DNA of 64,000 bases from assembly GCA_043820815.1 (NCBI GenBank), contig JBDRDJ010000028.1:22307-86306 (forward strand). Reading direction: 5' to 3'. The position numbers and the translations under genes are program-made. Shown here one piece after another: positions 16,890 through 25,534 of this stretch. The DNA comes from Candidatus Omnitrophota bacterium (GTDB taxonomy: Bacteria > Omnitrophota > Gorgyraeia > Duberdicusellales > 4484-171). How positions within the stretch are numbered: the first letter of the stretch is position 1; each line of letters opens with the position of its first letter. Under the pieces are notes generated by a model. It searched no databases. It had not been told where the DNA came from and saw only the letters and a program-made list of their open reading frames with translations.

Positions 16890-17741
16890 ATGAAAAATAA
16901 CACAAAATCAAAACCTAAAGATGTCCGGGTTAAAAAGGCCTATAACAATTATGATTTTTTAAACAGCCCCAGCGCAAGGTCAATACGCGTACTGGCAGAG
17001 TTTATCGAACCGCAAGTGCGCTTCAGAAAACAGAATGTGCACAATACCGTTGTTTTCTTCGGGTCGGCGCGGACAATTCCAAAGCATGCCGCGTTAAGAA
17101 ATGTTAGAGATACTGGCGCGAAAGTAAAAAAGGCAGAAAAGCCAGACACCAGATTACTTAAGCGCATGGAGTCGGCAAAGCGTGACCTTATAATGTCTAA
17201 TTATTATGAAGACGCGGCCCGCTTGTCGGAGAAATTAACCGCATGGTTTAAAGAGGTAAAGAATGCCCACAAGAACTTTGTTATTTGTTCAGGCGGCGGC
17301 CCGGGAATAATGGAAGCTGCCAGCCTTGGCGCAAGAAAAGCAAAAGGCAAATCAATAGGCCTCAATATCAGCCTGGCCATGGAGCAAAAGCCTAATCCTT
17401 ACCAGTCAAAAGAATTGTCTTTTGAATTTCACTATTTTTTTATCCGCAAATTCTGGTTTTTTTACCCGGCAAAAGCGATTGTTGTTTTTCCCGGAGGTTT
17501 CGGCACATTGGATGAGCTTTTTGAACTGTTGACTCTTGTCCAGACTAATAAATCGAGAAAGTATATGCCGATAATATTATATGGCCGCGAATATTGGGAA
17601 AAAATCATAAATTTTAATGAAATGGTTAAATACGGCGTAATTTGCCCCAAAGATCTGAATTTATTTAAAATGTTTAGCAGTGTTGAGGAGGCTTTTAACT
17701 ATTTAAAAGCCAAACTCACCAAGCATTATATAAATATTTAA
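16890..17741 (+). CDS. LOG-family (TIGR00730-type) nucleotide-binding protein
   Basis: GGGPGIMEA and PGGFGTLDELFE motifs are diagnostic of the LOG / lysine-decarboxylase-like family. Confidence 0.8.
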   Translation: MKNNTKSKPKDVRVKKAYNNYDFLNSPSARSIRVLAEFIEPQVRFRKQNVHNTVVFFGSARTIPKHAALRNVRDTGAKVKKAEKPDTRLLKRMESAKRDLIMSNYYEDAARLSEKLTAWFKEVKNAHKNFVICSGGGPGIMEAASLGARKAKGKSIGLNISLAMEQKPNPYQSKELSFEFHYFFIRKFWFFYPAKAIVVFPGGFGTLDELFELLTLVQTNKSRKYMPIILYGREYWEKIINFNEMVKYGVICPKDLNLFKMFSSVEEAFNYLKAKLTKHYINI

Positions 17742-17781
17742 TTATTCTTAAACAATACAGGCGCAACATAAAAAAGCTTGC

Positions 17782-18954
17782 GTGGATATATTTAAAAAAG
17801 AAATTTTACTTATTACCTGTGCCCGGGCAATTGCGCCTTATTTACGCAAAGAGGTTGAGGCCTTAAACTACACAATTAAATCCGAACACAATACAGGCAT
17901 TGAGTTATCAGCATCTTTTGCCGACAGCATGAAACTTAATCTTTGCCTGCGTACTGCCTACGGTGTCCTTTATCTTCTTAAACAATTCAGCTGTCGAGAT
18001 GCGAAAGAACTTTATGAAGAAGTTTTCGCAATTCCCTGGGAAGAGCTTATTGAACCGTCTGAATACTTGAGTGTTGTTTCCCGCGTTGATACCCCCAGCA
18101 TTAATAACTCTGTTTTTGCCAGTCAAAAGGCCAAAGATGCTATTGTTGACAGAATAGCTAATAAATGCGGCAGCCGTCCTTCGGCAGGTGCCAGTCGGGA
18201 AAATGTAGTTGTTAACCTGTATTGGAAAGATAGAAATTGCTGGATTTATATTAATACTTCCGGACGTAAGCTTTCAGACAGAAATTACCGAAAAATTCCT
18301 TATAAAGCTCCGTTGCAGGAAACTTTAGCGGCTGCTTTGCTCCAAGCGGCAGGCTATGACGGAAGAAAGCCGCTTGTAAACCCTATGTGCGGCAGCGGCA
18401 CAATTGCAATTGAGGCGGCATTAATTGCCCTGGCAAGGCCGCCGGCAGAACTGCGCAGAAATTTTGGCTTCATGCATATTAAGGGTTTCGATGCCCAGAA
18501 CTGGCAGAATTTACGCAAGAAAATATGCGCCGCCTCGAAAAAGAATACCGCTTTTAAGATCATCGCTTCAGATATTGACAAAGAAGCAGTTGAATCTGCC
18601 AAAAAGAACGCTAAGGCCGCCAAAGTTGAAGACTGTATAGAATTTCACATTTGCGATTTTAAGGAAACACCCATACCTTGCGAAAAAGGAATAGTTTTCT
18701 TTAATCCCGAGTACGGCCTTAGAATGGGTAACCAGCGCAAATTAGAAAATACCTATAAAGAGATCGGAGATTTCTTAAAGCAAAAGTGCAGCGGGTTTAA
18801 AGGCTATGTTTTTACCGGCAATAAGGATTTAGCCAAATGTGTTGGGTTGAGGGCAAAGCGGCGTTTAACCTTTTTTAATGCTGAAATAGAATGCCGCCTG
18901 CTTGAATATGAGATGTATGAGGGAAGCGTAAAAAAATCAAAAATCAAAAATTAA
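17782..18954 (+). CDS. THUMP-domain class I SAM-dependent RNA methyltransferase (RlmL/YpsC-like)
   Basis: N-terminal THUMP-like region, SAM motif NPMCGSGTIAIEAA, and catalytic FFNPEYG (an NPPY-type motif). Confidence 0.8.
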   Translation: MDIFKKEILLITCARAIAPYLRKEVEALNYTIKSEHNTGIELSASFADSMKLNLCLRTAYGVLYLLKQFSCRDAKELYEEVFAIPWEELIEPSEYLSVVSRVDTPSINNSVFASQKAKDAIVDRIANKCGSRPSAGASRENVVVNLYWKDRNCWIYINTSGRKLSDRNYRKIPYKAPLQETLAAALLQAAGYDGRKPLVNPMCGSGTIAIEAALIALARPPAELRRNFGFMHIKGFDAQNWQNLRKKICAASKKNTAFKIIASDIDKEAVESAKKNAKAAKVEDCIEFHICDFKETPIPCEKGIVFFNPEYGLRMGNQRKLENTYKEIGDFLKQKCSGFKGYVFTGNKDLAKCVGLRAKRRLTFFNAEIECRLLEYEMYEGSVKKSKIKN

Positions 18955-19016
18955 ATATTAAAAATATTTAAACACACAATATCGGTATAATTTTGTGTTT
19001 TTAAAATGGGGGTGGC

Positions 19017-19547
19017 ATGAGAAAAATAGCGGTTTTGGTGGAGGATTATTATCAGGTTTTAGAGGTTTGGTATCCGTATCTTCGCCTTAAGGAAGCAGGA
19101 TTTGAAACAGTTCTTGTTGGCACGGGAAATAAAAAAACCTATTCAAGCAAAGAAGGGTATCCGGCAGATGCCGAAATTTCAATAAAAGAGGCAAAAGTTT
19201 CTGAATTTGATGGTGTAGTAATTCCCGGCGGCTATGCTCCGGATATATTGCGAAGATACCCTGAGGTAAACAAGTTCGTAAAAGATATCCATGATAAGGG
19301 CAAACTCGTTGCGGCAATTTGCCATGCAGGATGGGTGCTGGTTTCCGCAGGGATACTTAAGGGCAAGAAAGCAACCTGTTTTTATGCCATAAAGGATGAT
19401 ATGGTAAATGCCGGCTGTGAGTTTATCGATAAGGAGGTTGTGGTTGACGGCAATCTGATAACTTCCCGCAACCCCTATGATTTGCCGTATTTCTGTGCAG
19501 AAATAATCAAGTTTTTGAGCAACTCTAAAGATTATAAACATAAATAA
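19017..19547 (+). CDS. DJ-1/PfpI family protein
   Basis: Nucleophile elbow AAICHAG and IPGG motifs. 176 aa. Confidence 0.85.
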   Translation: MRKIAVLVEDYYQVLEVWYPYLRLKEAGFETVLVGTGNKKTYSSKEGYPADAEISIKEAKVSEFDGVVIPGGYAPDILRRYPEVNKFVKDIHDKGKLVAAICHAGWVLVSAGILKGKKATCFYAIKDDMVNAGCEFIDKEVVVDGNLITSRNPYDLPYFCAEIIKFLSNSKDYKHK

Positions 19548-19629
19548 TTGGTTAAATTATAAGAACTTTAGTATGCATTGTAAAAGCGGCAGGCGTATAA
19601 TATAATGAAATTAAGAAAAAGGTGTTGTT

Positions 19630-19971
19630 GTGAAAATAATAGATGATAATTTAACAATAGGCGAATTGAAGAAAATGGCTTCGGCTATGTTTGGCGATTT
19701 TGTAAAGGCCGTAGTTGATATCGAGAGAGAGGCTTTGGCAGTAGATGCAGAGCTGCATTCGGATTTAGAAGCCTTGCTTCTTGAGAACGGTTCAAGGCAA
19801 GAGAAACTCTGGGGTATTAATTTGTATCCGGATGAGGCAGGGGGCGGAAATTTCATTGAATTTGATTCTATGATTAATATGCGCCCGTCAAATGGCAATC
19901 GAAGCCGTGGAGTCGATAACCCAGAAATAATAAATAAAATAGCTGAAATAGTTCTAAAAAAAATCATATAA
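19630..19971 (+). CDS. conserved hypothetical protein
   Basis: 113-aa ORF with a GTG start. No motif is recognised with confidence. Confidence 0.5.
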   Translation: MKIIDDNLTIGELKKMASAMFGDFVKAVVDIEREALAVDAELHSDLEALLLENGSRQEKLWGINLYPDEAGGGNFIEFDSMINMRPSNGNRSRGVDNPEIINKIAEIVLKKII

Positions 19972-20312
19972 TGAGTTATCAACATAAAGATTTGGCAAAG
20001 GGGCGGTGGGCAGAGATGCCGTTTGTTGAGCAAATGGCAAATATAGGGAGTGAGGTTGAGCGCGCTATTAAGTGGAAAGAAAAGGGTAATGAAAATTATT
20101 CAAATAAGGCTTTTGAGCGCGCCCTTGAACTATTAGATTTAACTCTGGATAGCCACAGAAGCTTTCCCCGGCTTAAAGAAGTTGCCCGATTAAGAGAGGC
20201 GGTTGTTGATTATTTTTTCGGAGATAACCGGTTTAAATCCACGAACGAACTGTTTAGAAAGTATTTTCTTGCATTTGCGTATGCTGCCCGCAGAAATTAT
20301 GAAATTAAATAA
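19971..20312 (+). CDS. hypothetical helical protein
   Basis: 113-aa ORF. A TAATG stop/start overlap with the previous gene suggests co-translation. Confidence 0.5.
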   Translation: MSYQHKDLAKGRWAEMPFVEQMANIGSEVERAIKWKEKGNENYSNKAFERALELLDLTLDSHRSFPRLKEVARLREAVVDYFFGDNRFKSTNELFRKYFLAFAYAARRNYEIK

Positions 20313-21024
20313 GCCGGAAACCCGGATAATTCCTGAGGATGTCCCTCCTAAATTTTTTGCCAAGCATTTTAAGCCTTATGAATTCATGGCCGAATCAGCC
20401 CGCGGTAAAAAAGTTTTAGAAATCGGATGCGGCGACGGGTATGGTTCATTTTATCTCTCAAAGTATGCCTCGGAAATAACAGGGATAGATTATGAAGAAG
20501 AAATTATTCTAACAGCAAAGAATAAATATAGAAAAGATAATCTAAATTTCAAGTGCATGGATACCGGAAGCCTTGAATTCAATGACAAGGAATTTGATAT
20601 AATATGTTCGTTTCAGGTAATTGAGCATATTCCCGAAGGTAAACTGATTAATTTTCTAAAAGAGGTTAAGCGGGTGCTGAAAGAAACGGGAAAGTTTTAT
20701 GTTTCAACCTTAAATGTAGAGTATGATATGAAGCCGAATTCCCAATATCGTAAAAATCCCGCACATTGTAAGGAATTTAATTTTGTTGAGCTTGAAAGTT
20801 TGCTTAGAGAGGTTTTCACTGATATTGAGTTTTGCGGGCTTCATTTAACAAAAAAACATACTGTTTATCAAAGGCTAAAGAAAATAGGATTAGATAAACT
20901 GCTTCCATACGCTATTAATCCGGTTAAAAGGTTTTATTCTTCGGTTACAACCGAAGATTTTGTTATATCAAAGGATAAGCTCAATAAAGCCATAGATTTT
21001 ATTTGTCTTTGCATCAAAACTTAA
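20299..21024 (+). CDS. class I SAM-dependent methyltransferase
   Basis: Motif I VLEIGCGDGYG and post-I GIDYEE. I placed the start at ATG 20299 (MKLNKPE); ATG 20281 is also possible. The track start at 20203 lies deep inside the upstream gene. Confidence 0.75.
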   Translation: MKLNKPETRIIPEDVPPKFFAKHFKPYEFMAESARGKKVLEIGCGDGYGSFYLSKYASEITGIDYEEEIILTAKNKYRKDNLNFKCMDTGSLEFNDKEFDIICSFQVIEHIPEGKLINFLKEVKRVLKETGKFYVSTLNVEYDMKPNSQYRKNPAHCKEFNFVELESLLREVFTDIEFCGLHLTKKHTVYQRLKKIGLDKLLPYAINPVKRFYSSVTTEDFVISKDKLNKAIDFICLCIKT

Positions 21025-21059
21025 TTTTGACAATACGCGAAGCATAATAAGGAGGAAAC

Positions 21060-21215
21060 ATGGAAAACAAAGATGAAAAACAGAAGAAAAGCAAAGGTTT
21101 CTTGACAAGGTTAGTTGATAAGATCGGCAAAAAGTTAAAACAATGTGCCGAATCCCAGCCTTGCTGCGGCGGGGATACTAAAAAAAACGGAGATAAACCT
21201 TGCTGCAAGGAATAA
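21060..21215 (+). CDS. 51-aa Lys- and Cys-rich small protein (two CC pairs)
   Basis: ATG 21060 is preceded by AAGGAGG. Translation: MENKDEKQKKSKGFLTRLVDKIGKKLKQCAESQPCCGGDTKKNGDKPCCKE. It overlaps the permease start by 16 nt and is too short for the ORF track. Confidence 0.45.
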   Translation: MENKDEKQKKSKGFLTRLVDKIGKKLKQCAESQPCCGGDTKKNGDKPCCKE

Positions 21216-22144
21216 TTGACTGGTTAGTTTATTCGGTTTTCGGCTTTAGCGCGGAGCCTAAACTTGCAGAGGTGTTTAATTTCTTTTTATATGATTCCAT
21301 AAAAATACTGCTTCTTTTATTTTTTATGATTTCGGTCATAGGCTTTATCAGAAGCTATATATCTCAAAATAAAGTTAAAGCCTGGATAGTTAAAAAGAAA
21401 GCATTCGGTAACCTTTTTGCCTCGCTTTTTGGCGCAATAACCCCTTTTTGCTCATGCTCGTCAATACCGATTTTCTTAAGTTTCTTAGAGGCAGGTATCC
21501 CCTTAGGCGTTACTTTTTCTTTTCTTATAACCTCGCCGTTGATAAATGAATACGTAGTAATTATAATGATTGGCTTTTTTGGGTGGAAAATCGCCTTATT
21601 ATATGTGTTGAGCGGTATTTTATTGGGTGTATTATCAGGGGTTATTTTGGGCAAGCTTAATTTGGAAAGGTACCTTGTTAAAGGGTTAGTTTCTACGGAT
21701 AAAGAGCAGCCCCGGGAAAGAATTTACAGGGGCTTAAAAGAAAGGCTTGCCTTTGGAATCACAGAAGCAAAGTCTATTACAAAAAGATTATGGCTTTGGG
21801 TTTTGCTTGGGGTAGGTATAGGAGCATTCATGCATAACTATATCCCTCAAGAGGCCATTGAGTCGGCCATTAAGAAAACCGGGCCGTTTTCAGTTTTGAT
21901 CGCAACTATTTTAGGAGTTCCCATGTACGGAAGCTGTGCGGCAATTGTCCCGATTGCTGTTGTGTTGTTTAGAAAAGGCGTCCCTTTGGGGACTGCCCTT
22001 GCGTTTATGATGGCAACTGCGGCACTTAGTTTCCCCGAAGCGGTAATTTTAAGACGGGCGATGAAATTGAAGTTAGTCGGGATATTCTTTGGTATTACTA
22101 CAGTTGGAATAATTATTACAGGGTATATATTTAATCTATTTTAA
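21200..22144 (+). CDS. COG0701/ArsP-like permease
   Basis: Multi-pass membrane protein with the family-typical TPFCSCSSIP cysteine motif. It has a TTG start per the track, so the exact start is uncertain. Confidence 0.75.
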   Translation: MLQGIIDWLVYSVFGFSAEPKLAEVFNFFLYDSIKILLLLFFMISVIGFIRSYISQNKVKAWIVKKKAFGNLFASLFGAITPFCSCSSIPIFLSFLEAGIPLGVTFSFLITSPLINEYVVIIMIGFFGWKIALLYVLSGILLGVLSGVILGKLNLERYLVKGLVSTDKEQPRERIYRGLKERLAFGITEAKSITKRLWLWVLLGVGIGAFMHNYIPQEAIESAIKKTGPFSVLIATILGVPMYGSCAAIVPIAVVLFRKGVPLGTALAFMMATAALSFPEAVILRRAMKLKLVGIFFGITTVGIIITGYIFNLF

Positions 22145-22176
22145 CACAAAGAATACTTGTGCATTCTTAGGGTTAA

Positions 22177-22217
22177 AATAAAGAACCCGCCTCTTTTTAA
22201 TAGGCGGGTTCTTTATT
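22177..22217. terminator. bidirectional terminator between convergent genes
   Basis: AATAAAGAACCCGCC (22177-22191) pairs perfectly with GGCGGGTTCTTTATT (22203-22217), a 15-bp stem with an 11-nt loop. Confidence 0.75.
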
Positions 22218-22240
22218 CCGAAATCATTTCAGCCCGATTA

Positions 22241-22603
22241 TTACTTCTTCATATGATCGCTTCCGTCGGCTTCGGTCTTTTCTTCCGGGTTTCCGCCGAC
22301 TCCCCAGCCAATACCATTGTTGCTTTTTTCTTTCTTTTCTTTGCCCCCATCTTCTTCCTCTTCTTCTGCCGGTGCTTCGGCAACATCACCGGGCTCTTCA
22401 GCGGTGATTTCTTCACCGGCTAAGAAGTCCTGTGATTGTTCGAAGGTAAGATCGTCGACCTTAGGCGCTACAGAGCCGGAACCGGGATTATAAAAGTAAC
22501 CGGTAATGTAGCCGTCACTTTCGATGACGCCTTCCTGGGCATGAGCAACAAATACTGGGGAGAAAAGAAGCAGCAACGCGATTAGTAAAACATATTTTTT
22601 CAT
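22241..22603 (-). CDS. secreted acidic hypothetical protein
   Basis: Signal peptide MKKYVLLIALLLLFSPVFVAHA, then a Glu-rich low-complexity region. RBS AAGGAGGAGG lies upstream. Confidence 0.6.
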   Translation of the reverse strand: MKKYVLLIALLLLFSPVFVAHAQEGVIESDGYITGYFYNPGSGSVAPKVDDLTFEQSQDFLAGEEITAEEPGDVAEAPAEEEEEDGGKEKKEKSNNGIGWGVGGNPEEKTEADGSDHMKK

Positions 22604-22852
22604 GGCCTCCTCCTTTTTTTATTCACTGTTTTTATCTTCCCTCCACCTTAATAATAACATATTTTCATCCCGATTGCCATGCGATTGCAGAAAAATATTA
22701 ATTATTCTGAAAAATATTCAATTATTTGCATAACCTGTTATATTTTAGGAGATTGCAAAGCTTGACAAAATATGTCAGCAATTAACGGCAAAGTTTAAGC
22801 CAAGGTTAATTTAAAAAGGTTGTAAAAGTGTAAAAGTATAAAATGGCAATAA

Positions 22853-23221
22853 TTAAGGATTTGTGCAAATATAGGTTCCGTTAGCGGGATCATAATTGCA
22901 GCCGCCGATATGGTACCATACAGGAGGAGATTGCAGAAGGCTGTTTTCGATTTCAAAAGTGCTTGCCGGATAACAGGGGTTTGTTGTGTTGGTTGAGCGG
23001 TAGGGATTTGCAGTTGTGCAAAGCCATGCTTCTTCATCAAGGGCAGTTCTACCGTAATACATCAATATTGCCGAGCGGATAGCCGCAAGATTTCCATACG
23101 CAGATGCATTCTGGGCTTCTCTTCTTCTGCTGATAAACCTTGGTATGGCGATAGCGGCAAGAATTCCGATAATAACTATAACCATTATTATTTCTATTAA
23201 GGTGAAGCTCTTTTTATTCAT
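22853..23221 (-). CDS. prepilin-type N-terminal cleavage/methylation domain protein (type IV pilin or pseudopilin)
   Basis: MNKKSFTLIEIIMVIVIIGILAAIAIPRF is a class III signal sequence with Glu at +5. Confidence 0.8.
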   Translation of the reverse strand: MNKKSFTLIEIIMVIVIIGILAAIAIPRFISRRREAQNASAYGNLAAIRSAILMYYGRTALDEEAWLCTTANPYRSTNTTNPCYPASTFEIENSLLQSPPVWYHIGGCNYDPANGTYICTNP

Positions 23222-23272
23222 ATTGAGGTAATTCTATCAAAACAAAAACCATCTTGCAAGATTAAAATTATC

Positions 23273-23311
23273 TGGACATTCCCCAAAATAAAGATATTCA
23301 GATATTATTTC
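23273..23311 (+). repeat. 39-nt repeat copy (35/39 identical to the reverse complement of 3183-3221)
   Basis: TGGACATTCCCCAAAATAAAGATATTCAGATATTATTTC compared with TGGACATTCCCCAAAATACAGGAATTCAGATATTATTTT (reverse complement of 3183-3221). Confidence 0.6.
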
Positions 23312-23488
23312 AAGAAGGTTTAAAAACCAGCTTGATATATTCTGGGTGTTCTAAGTCCCGATGCCGCACGTTTGATTGCCTATGAAAACGCAAAGAAAAT
23401 ATTCTGCTTACAGTAAAATAACCAGTGTAATTAATTTGTAAATCTTAAATCCTGCAGTTTCAAGTAAGGAAAATTTTTCAAAAAAAAG

Positions 23489-23518
23489 TTGACAAATAGC
23501 CTGTTTATATGGTATCAT
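23489..23518 (+). promoter_or_regulatory. sigma-70-type promoter candidate for the Rrf2 gene
   Basis: TTGACA (23489-23494), 18-nt spacer ending in TGG, then TATCAT (23513-23518). Confidence 0.5.
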
Positions 23519-23553
23519 TACTATGGTTATCAAGTTAGTAATGTCAAAATATT

Positions 23554-23979
23554 ATGAAAGTTACGGCAAAATGCGATTACGCTTGCAAGGCATTGCTTGA
23601 ATTGGCATTTCATTGGCCACAGGAAATGCCTTTGCAGATTCACTATATTTCCGAGAAGCAGAAAATACCTGAACGTTACTTGGTTCAGATATTAATTCAG
23701 CTAAAAGGTAGAGGATTAGTGGCCAGTTCCCGCGGCCAGCACGGAGGATATTTGTTAGCAAAATCTCCTAAAGAAATCAGTTTAGGCCAAATTGTTCGCA
23801 TGATGACCGGCGAATCGTTAGTTTCTTTAGCAGAGTCTGTTGAATTGGAGAAAACAATATTTACTGATATCTGGGCAGAGGTTGAACGTGCCATATCGAA
23901 GATCCTTGATTTAGCTACTTTCGACGATATACGTAATAAATTCTACAGCAAAGAGAAAGCTATATTCTACCAGATATAA
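23554..23979 (+). CDS. Rrf2-family transcriptional regulator
   Basis: N-terminal MKVTAKCDYACKALLELA and a wHTH region (ISEKQKIPERYLVQILIQLKGRGLVASSRGQHGGYLLA) are typical of Rrf2/BadM. Confidence 0.85.
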   Translation: MKVTAKCDYACKALLELAFHWPQEMPLQIHYISEKQKIPERYLVQILIQLKGRGLVASSRGQHGGYLLAKSPKEISLGQIVRMMTGESLVSLAESVELEKTIFTDIWAEVERAISKILDLATFDDIRNKFYSKEKAIFYQI

Positions 23980-24033
23980 TTTTTTTTCGCTATAACATTA
24001 CTATGTTGATAAACATAGTAGGAAATGAATTAA

Positions 24034-24255
24034 ATGGAACATCCAAAAAGATCATTTGTTAAATCACTAACCTGGCGGGTAATTGCGATTGTAACAACAA
24101 TGGTTGTGGTCTATTTATATAGCGGTGATTTTAAAAGTTCACTTATGATTGGCTTAGGGGCTAACTTTATTAAGTTTTTTCTATATTATGTGCATGAGAG
24201 GATTTGGAATAAAGTATCGTACGGCAAAGCAAAGGATCTGGAGTATCAGATTTAA
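24034..24255 (+). CDS. small two-helix membrane protein (DUF2061-like)
   Basis: KSLTWRVIAIVTTMVV ... FIKFFLYYVHERIWN. This family is often linked to sulfate-assimilation genes. Confidence 0.6.
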   Translation: MEHPKRSFVKSLTWRVIAIVTTMVVVYLYSGDFKSSLMIGLGANFIKFFLYYVHERIWNKVSYGKAKDLEYQI

Positions 24256-24318
24256 TGAGCACGTGACTTATGTCGCCTGTGGTTACATAACCCGTGGCGT
24301 TATCAAAGGAGGTTTGAG

Positions 24319-25038
24319 GTGGAGTTCTTGTTAAATGCTCAAGACGATGTTGGAAAATTAGTTGAAAGCTTGAATTTTAAGCAAAAGGTTGATAGGTCGC
24401 TTACACTTATTGAGGAGGCGTATAAGAAATACGGTGAATCATTGGTAGTTGCAAACAGCTTAGGCAAGGATTCTGTTGCTGTGTGGGATTTAGTAAAAAA
24501 GGTTAGCCCTAAGATTAGAGGATTTATCGTAACAACGCGGTTTAAGCCAAAAGAGACTGTTCAGTTTATGGATGAGACCGTTAAAAAATACCCAGAGCTT
24601 AAGGTGTTTAAAAATGATTCTCAAATACCTGAAAAGCTTTACGAAACCGAGCCGGATAAATGCTGTGATATTCTCAAAGTTGAACCCACTAAGCGGGCAG
24701 TAAAAGAAATGGGGGTTGAGTGCTGGGTTACTGGTTTACGCTGTACCGAAGGCAGGACAAGGACTGATTTTAAAGAGGTTGAAGAGCGGGATATCGGGCT
24801 CCTGAAACTTAACCCGATTCTTGCATGGAAAGAAAGAGAAGTTTGGCAGTATTTAGCTCTGTACGGAGTAAAAGTAAATCCTCTATATAACGAAGGTTAC
24901 CGTTCATTAGGGTGTGCACCCTGCACAAAAATATCATTCGATGACAACGAGCGTGCCGGCCGCTGGATAGGCACAAGTAAATGCGGCGGTGAATGCGGCA
25001 TACATACAAGGCCTCTTACAGAAGAGGGTAAAATCTAA
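24319..25038 (+). CDS. cysH: adenylylsulfate/phosphoadenylylsulfate reductase (CysH family, Fe-S type)
   Basis: PAPS_reduct fold. The CC pair (KCCDILK) plus CAPC suggest the 4Fe-4S APS-reductase subtype. The C-terminal catalytic ECGIH motif is present. Confidence 0.85.
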   Translation: MEFLLNAQDDVGKLVESLNFKQKVDRSLTLIEEAYKKYGESLVVANSLGKDSVAVWDLVKKVSPKIRGFIVTTRFKPKETVQFMDETVKKYPELKVFKNDSQIPEKLYETEPDKCCDILKVEPTKRAVKEMGVECWVTGLRCTEGRTRTDFKEVEERDIGLLKLNPILAWKEREVWQYLALYGVKVNPLYNEGYRSLGCAPCTKISFDDNERAGRWIGTSKCGGECGIHTRPLTEEGKI

Positions 25039-25060
25039 GAATTTTTTAACCACGAGCCTT

Positions 25061-25534
25061 ATGAAATTCTTTCCGATTGCCTTGTCGCTTAATGATAAGA
25101 ACGTGCTGGTCGTGGGGGCAGGCGAAGTATCTCTTCGTAAAACAAAAAGCTTCTTAGCTTCCGGAGCAAAGGTTGAAGTTATCGCGCCTTTGGCTTGTTC
25201 GGGAATTGTCAGATTGTCTAAGAGTAAGAAGATAAGGTGGATTCGGCGTAATGTTAAAAGGTCAGATGTTAACGCAAGAGACCTTGTTGTATCTGCGGCT
25301 GACAATCGTATTACAAATAATAAAGTAAGCATGTGGGCTAAAAAGCTTGGTGTTTTGGTTAATGTAGTTGATGCACCTCTCATTAGCGATTTTATATCTT
25401 TGGCTGTGATACGAAAGCAAAAGGCCATAGTCGCAGTTTACACAGATGCAAGAGACCCCGTGCTGCCGCGTGATTTAAAGAATTTTCTAAAGGAGAAGCG
25501 GGATGAATTTCTATCTTATAGGTGCCGAATTTAA
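25061..25534 (+). CDS. sirC: precorrin-2 dehydrogenase / sirohydrochlorin ferrochelatase (SirC/CysG N-terminal-like)
   Basis: MKFFPIALSLNDKNVLVVGAGEVSLRK is the NAD-binding N-terminus of siroheme synthase N-domain proteins. Start chosen at ATG 25061. Confidence 0.75.
   Translation: MKFFPIALSLNDKNVLVVGAGEVSLRKTKSFLASGAKVEVIAPLACSGIVRLSKSKKIRWIRRNVKRSDVNARDLVVSAADNRITNNKVSMWAKKLGVLVNVVDAPLISDFISLAVIRKQKAIVAVYTDARDPVLPRDLKNFLKEKRDEFLSYRCRI

Noticed and set aside
19630-20312. Two adjacent ORFs of identical length (113 aa each), considered as a possible tandem duplication.
   Set aside because: The two translations share no visible sequence similarity. The equal length appears to be coincidence.
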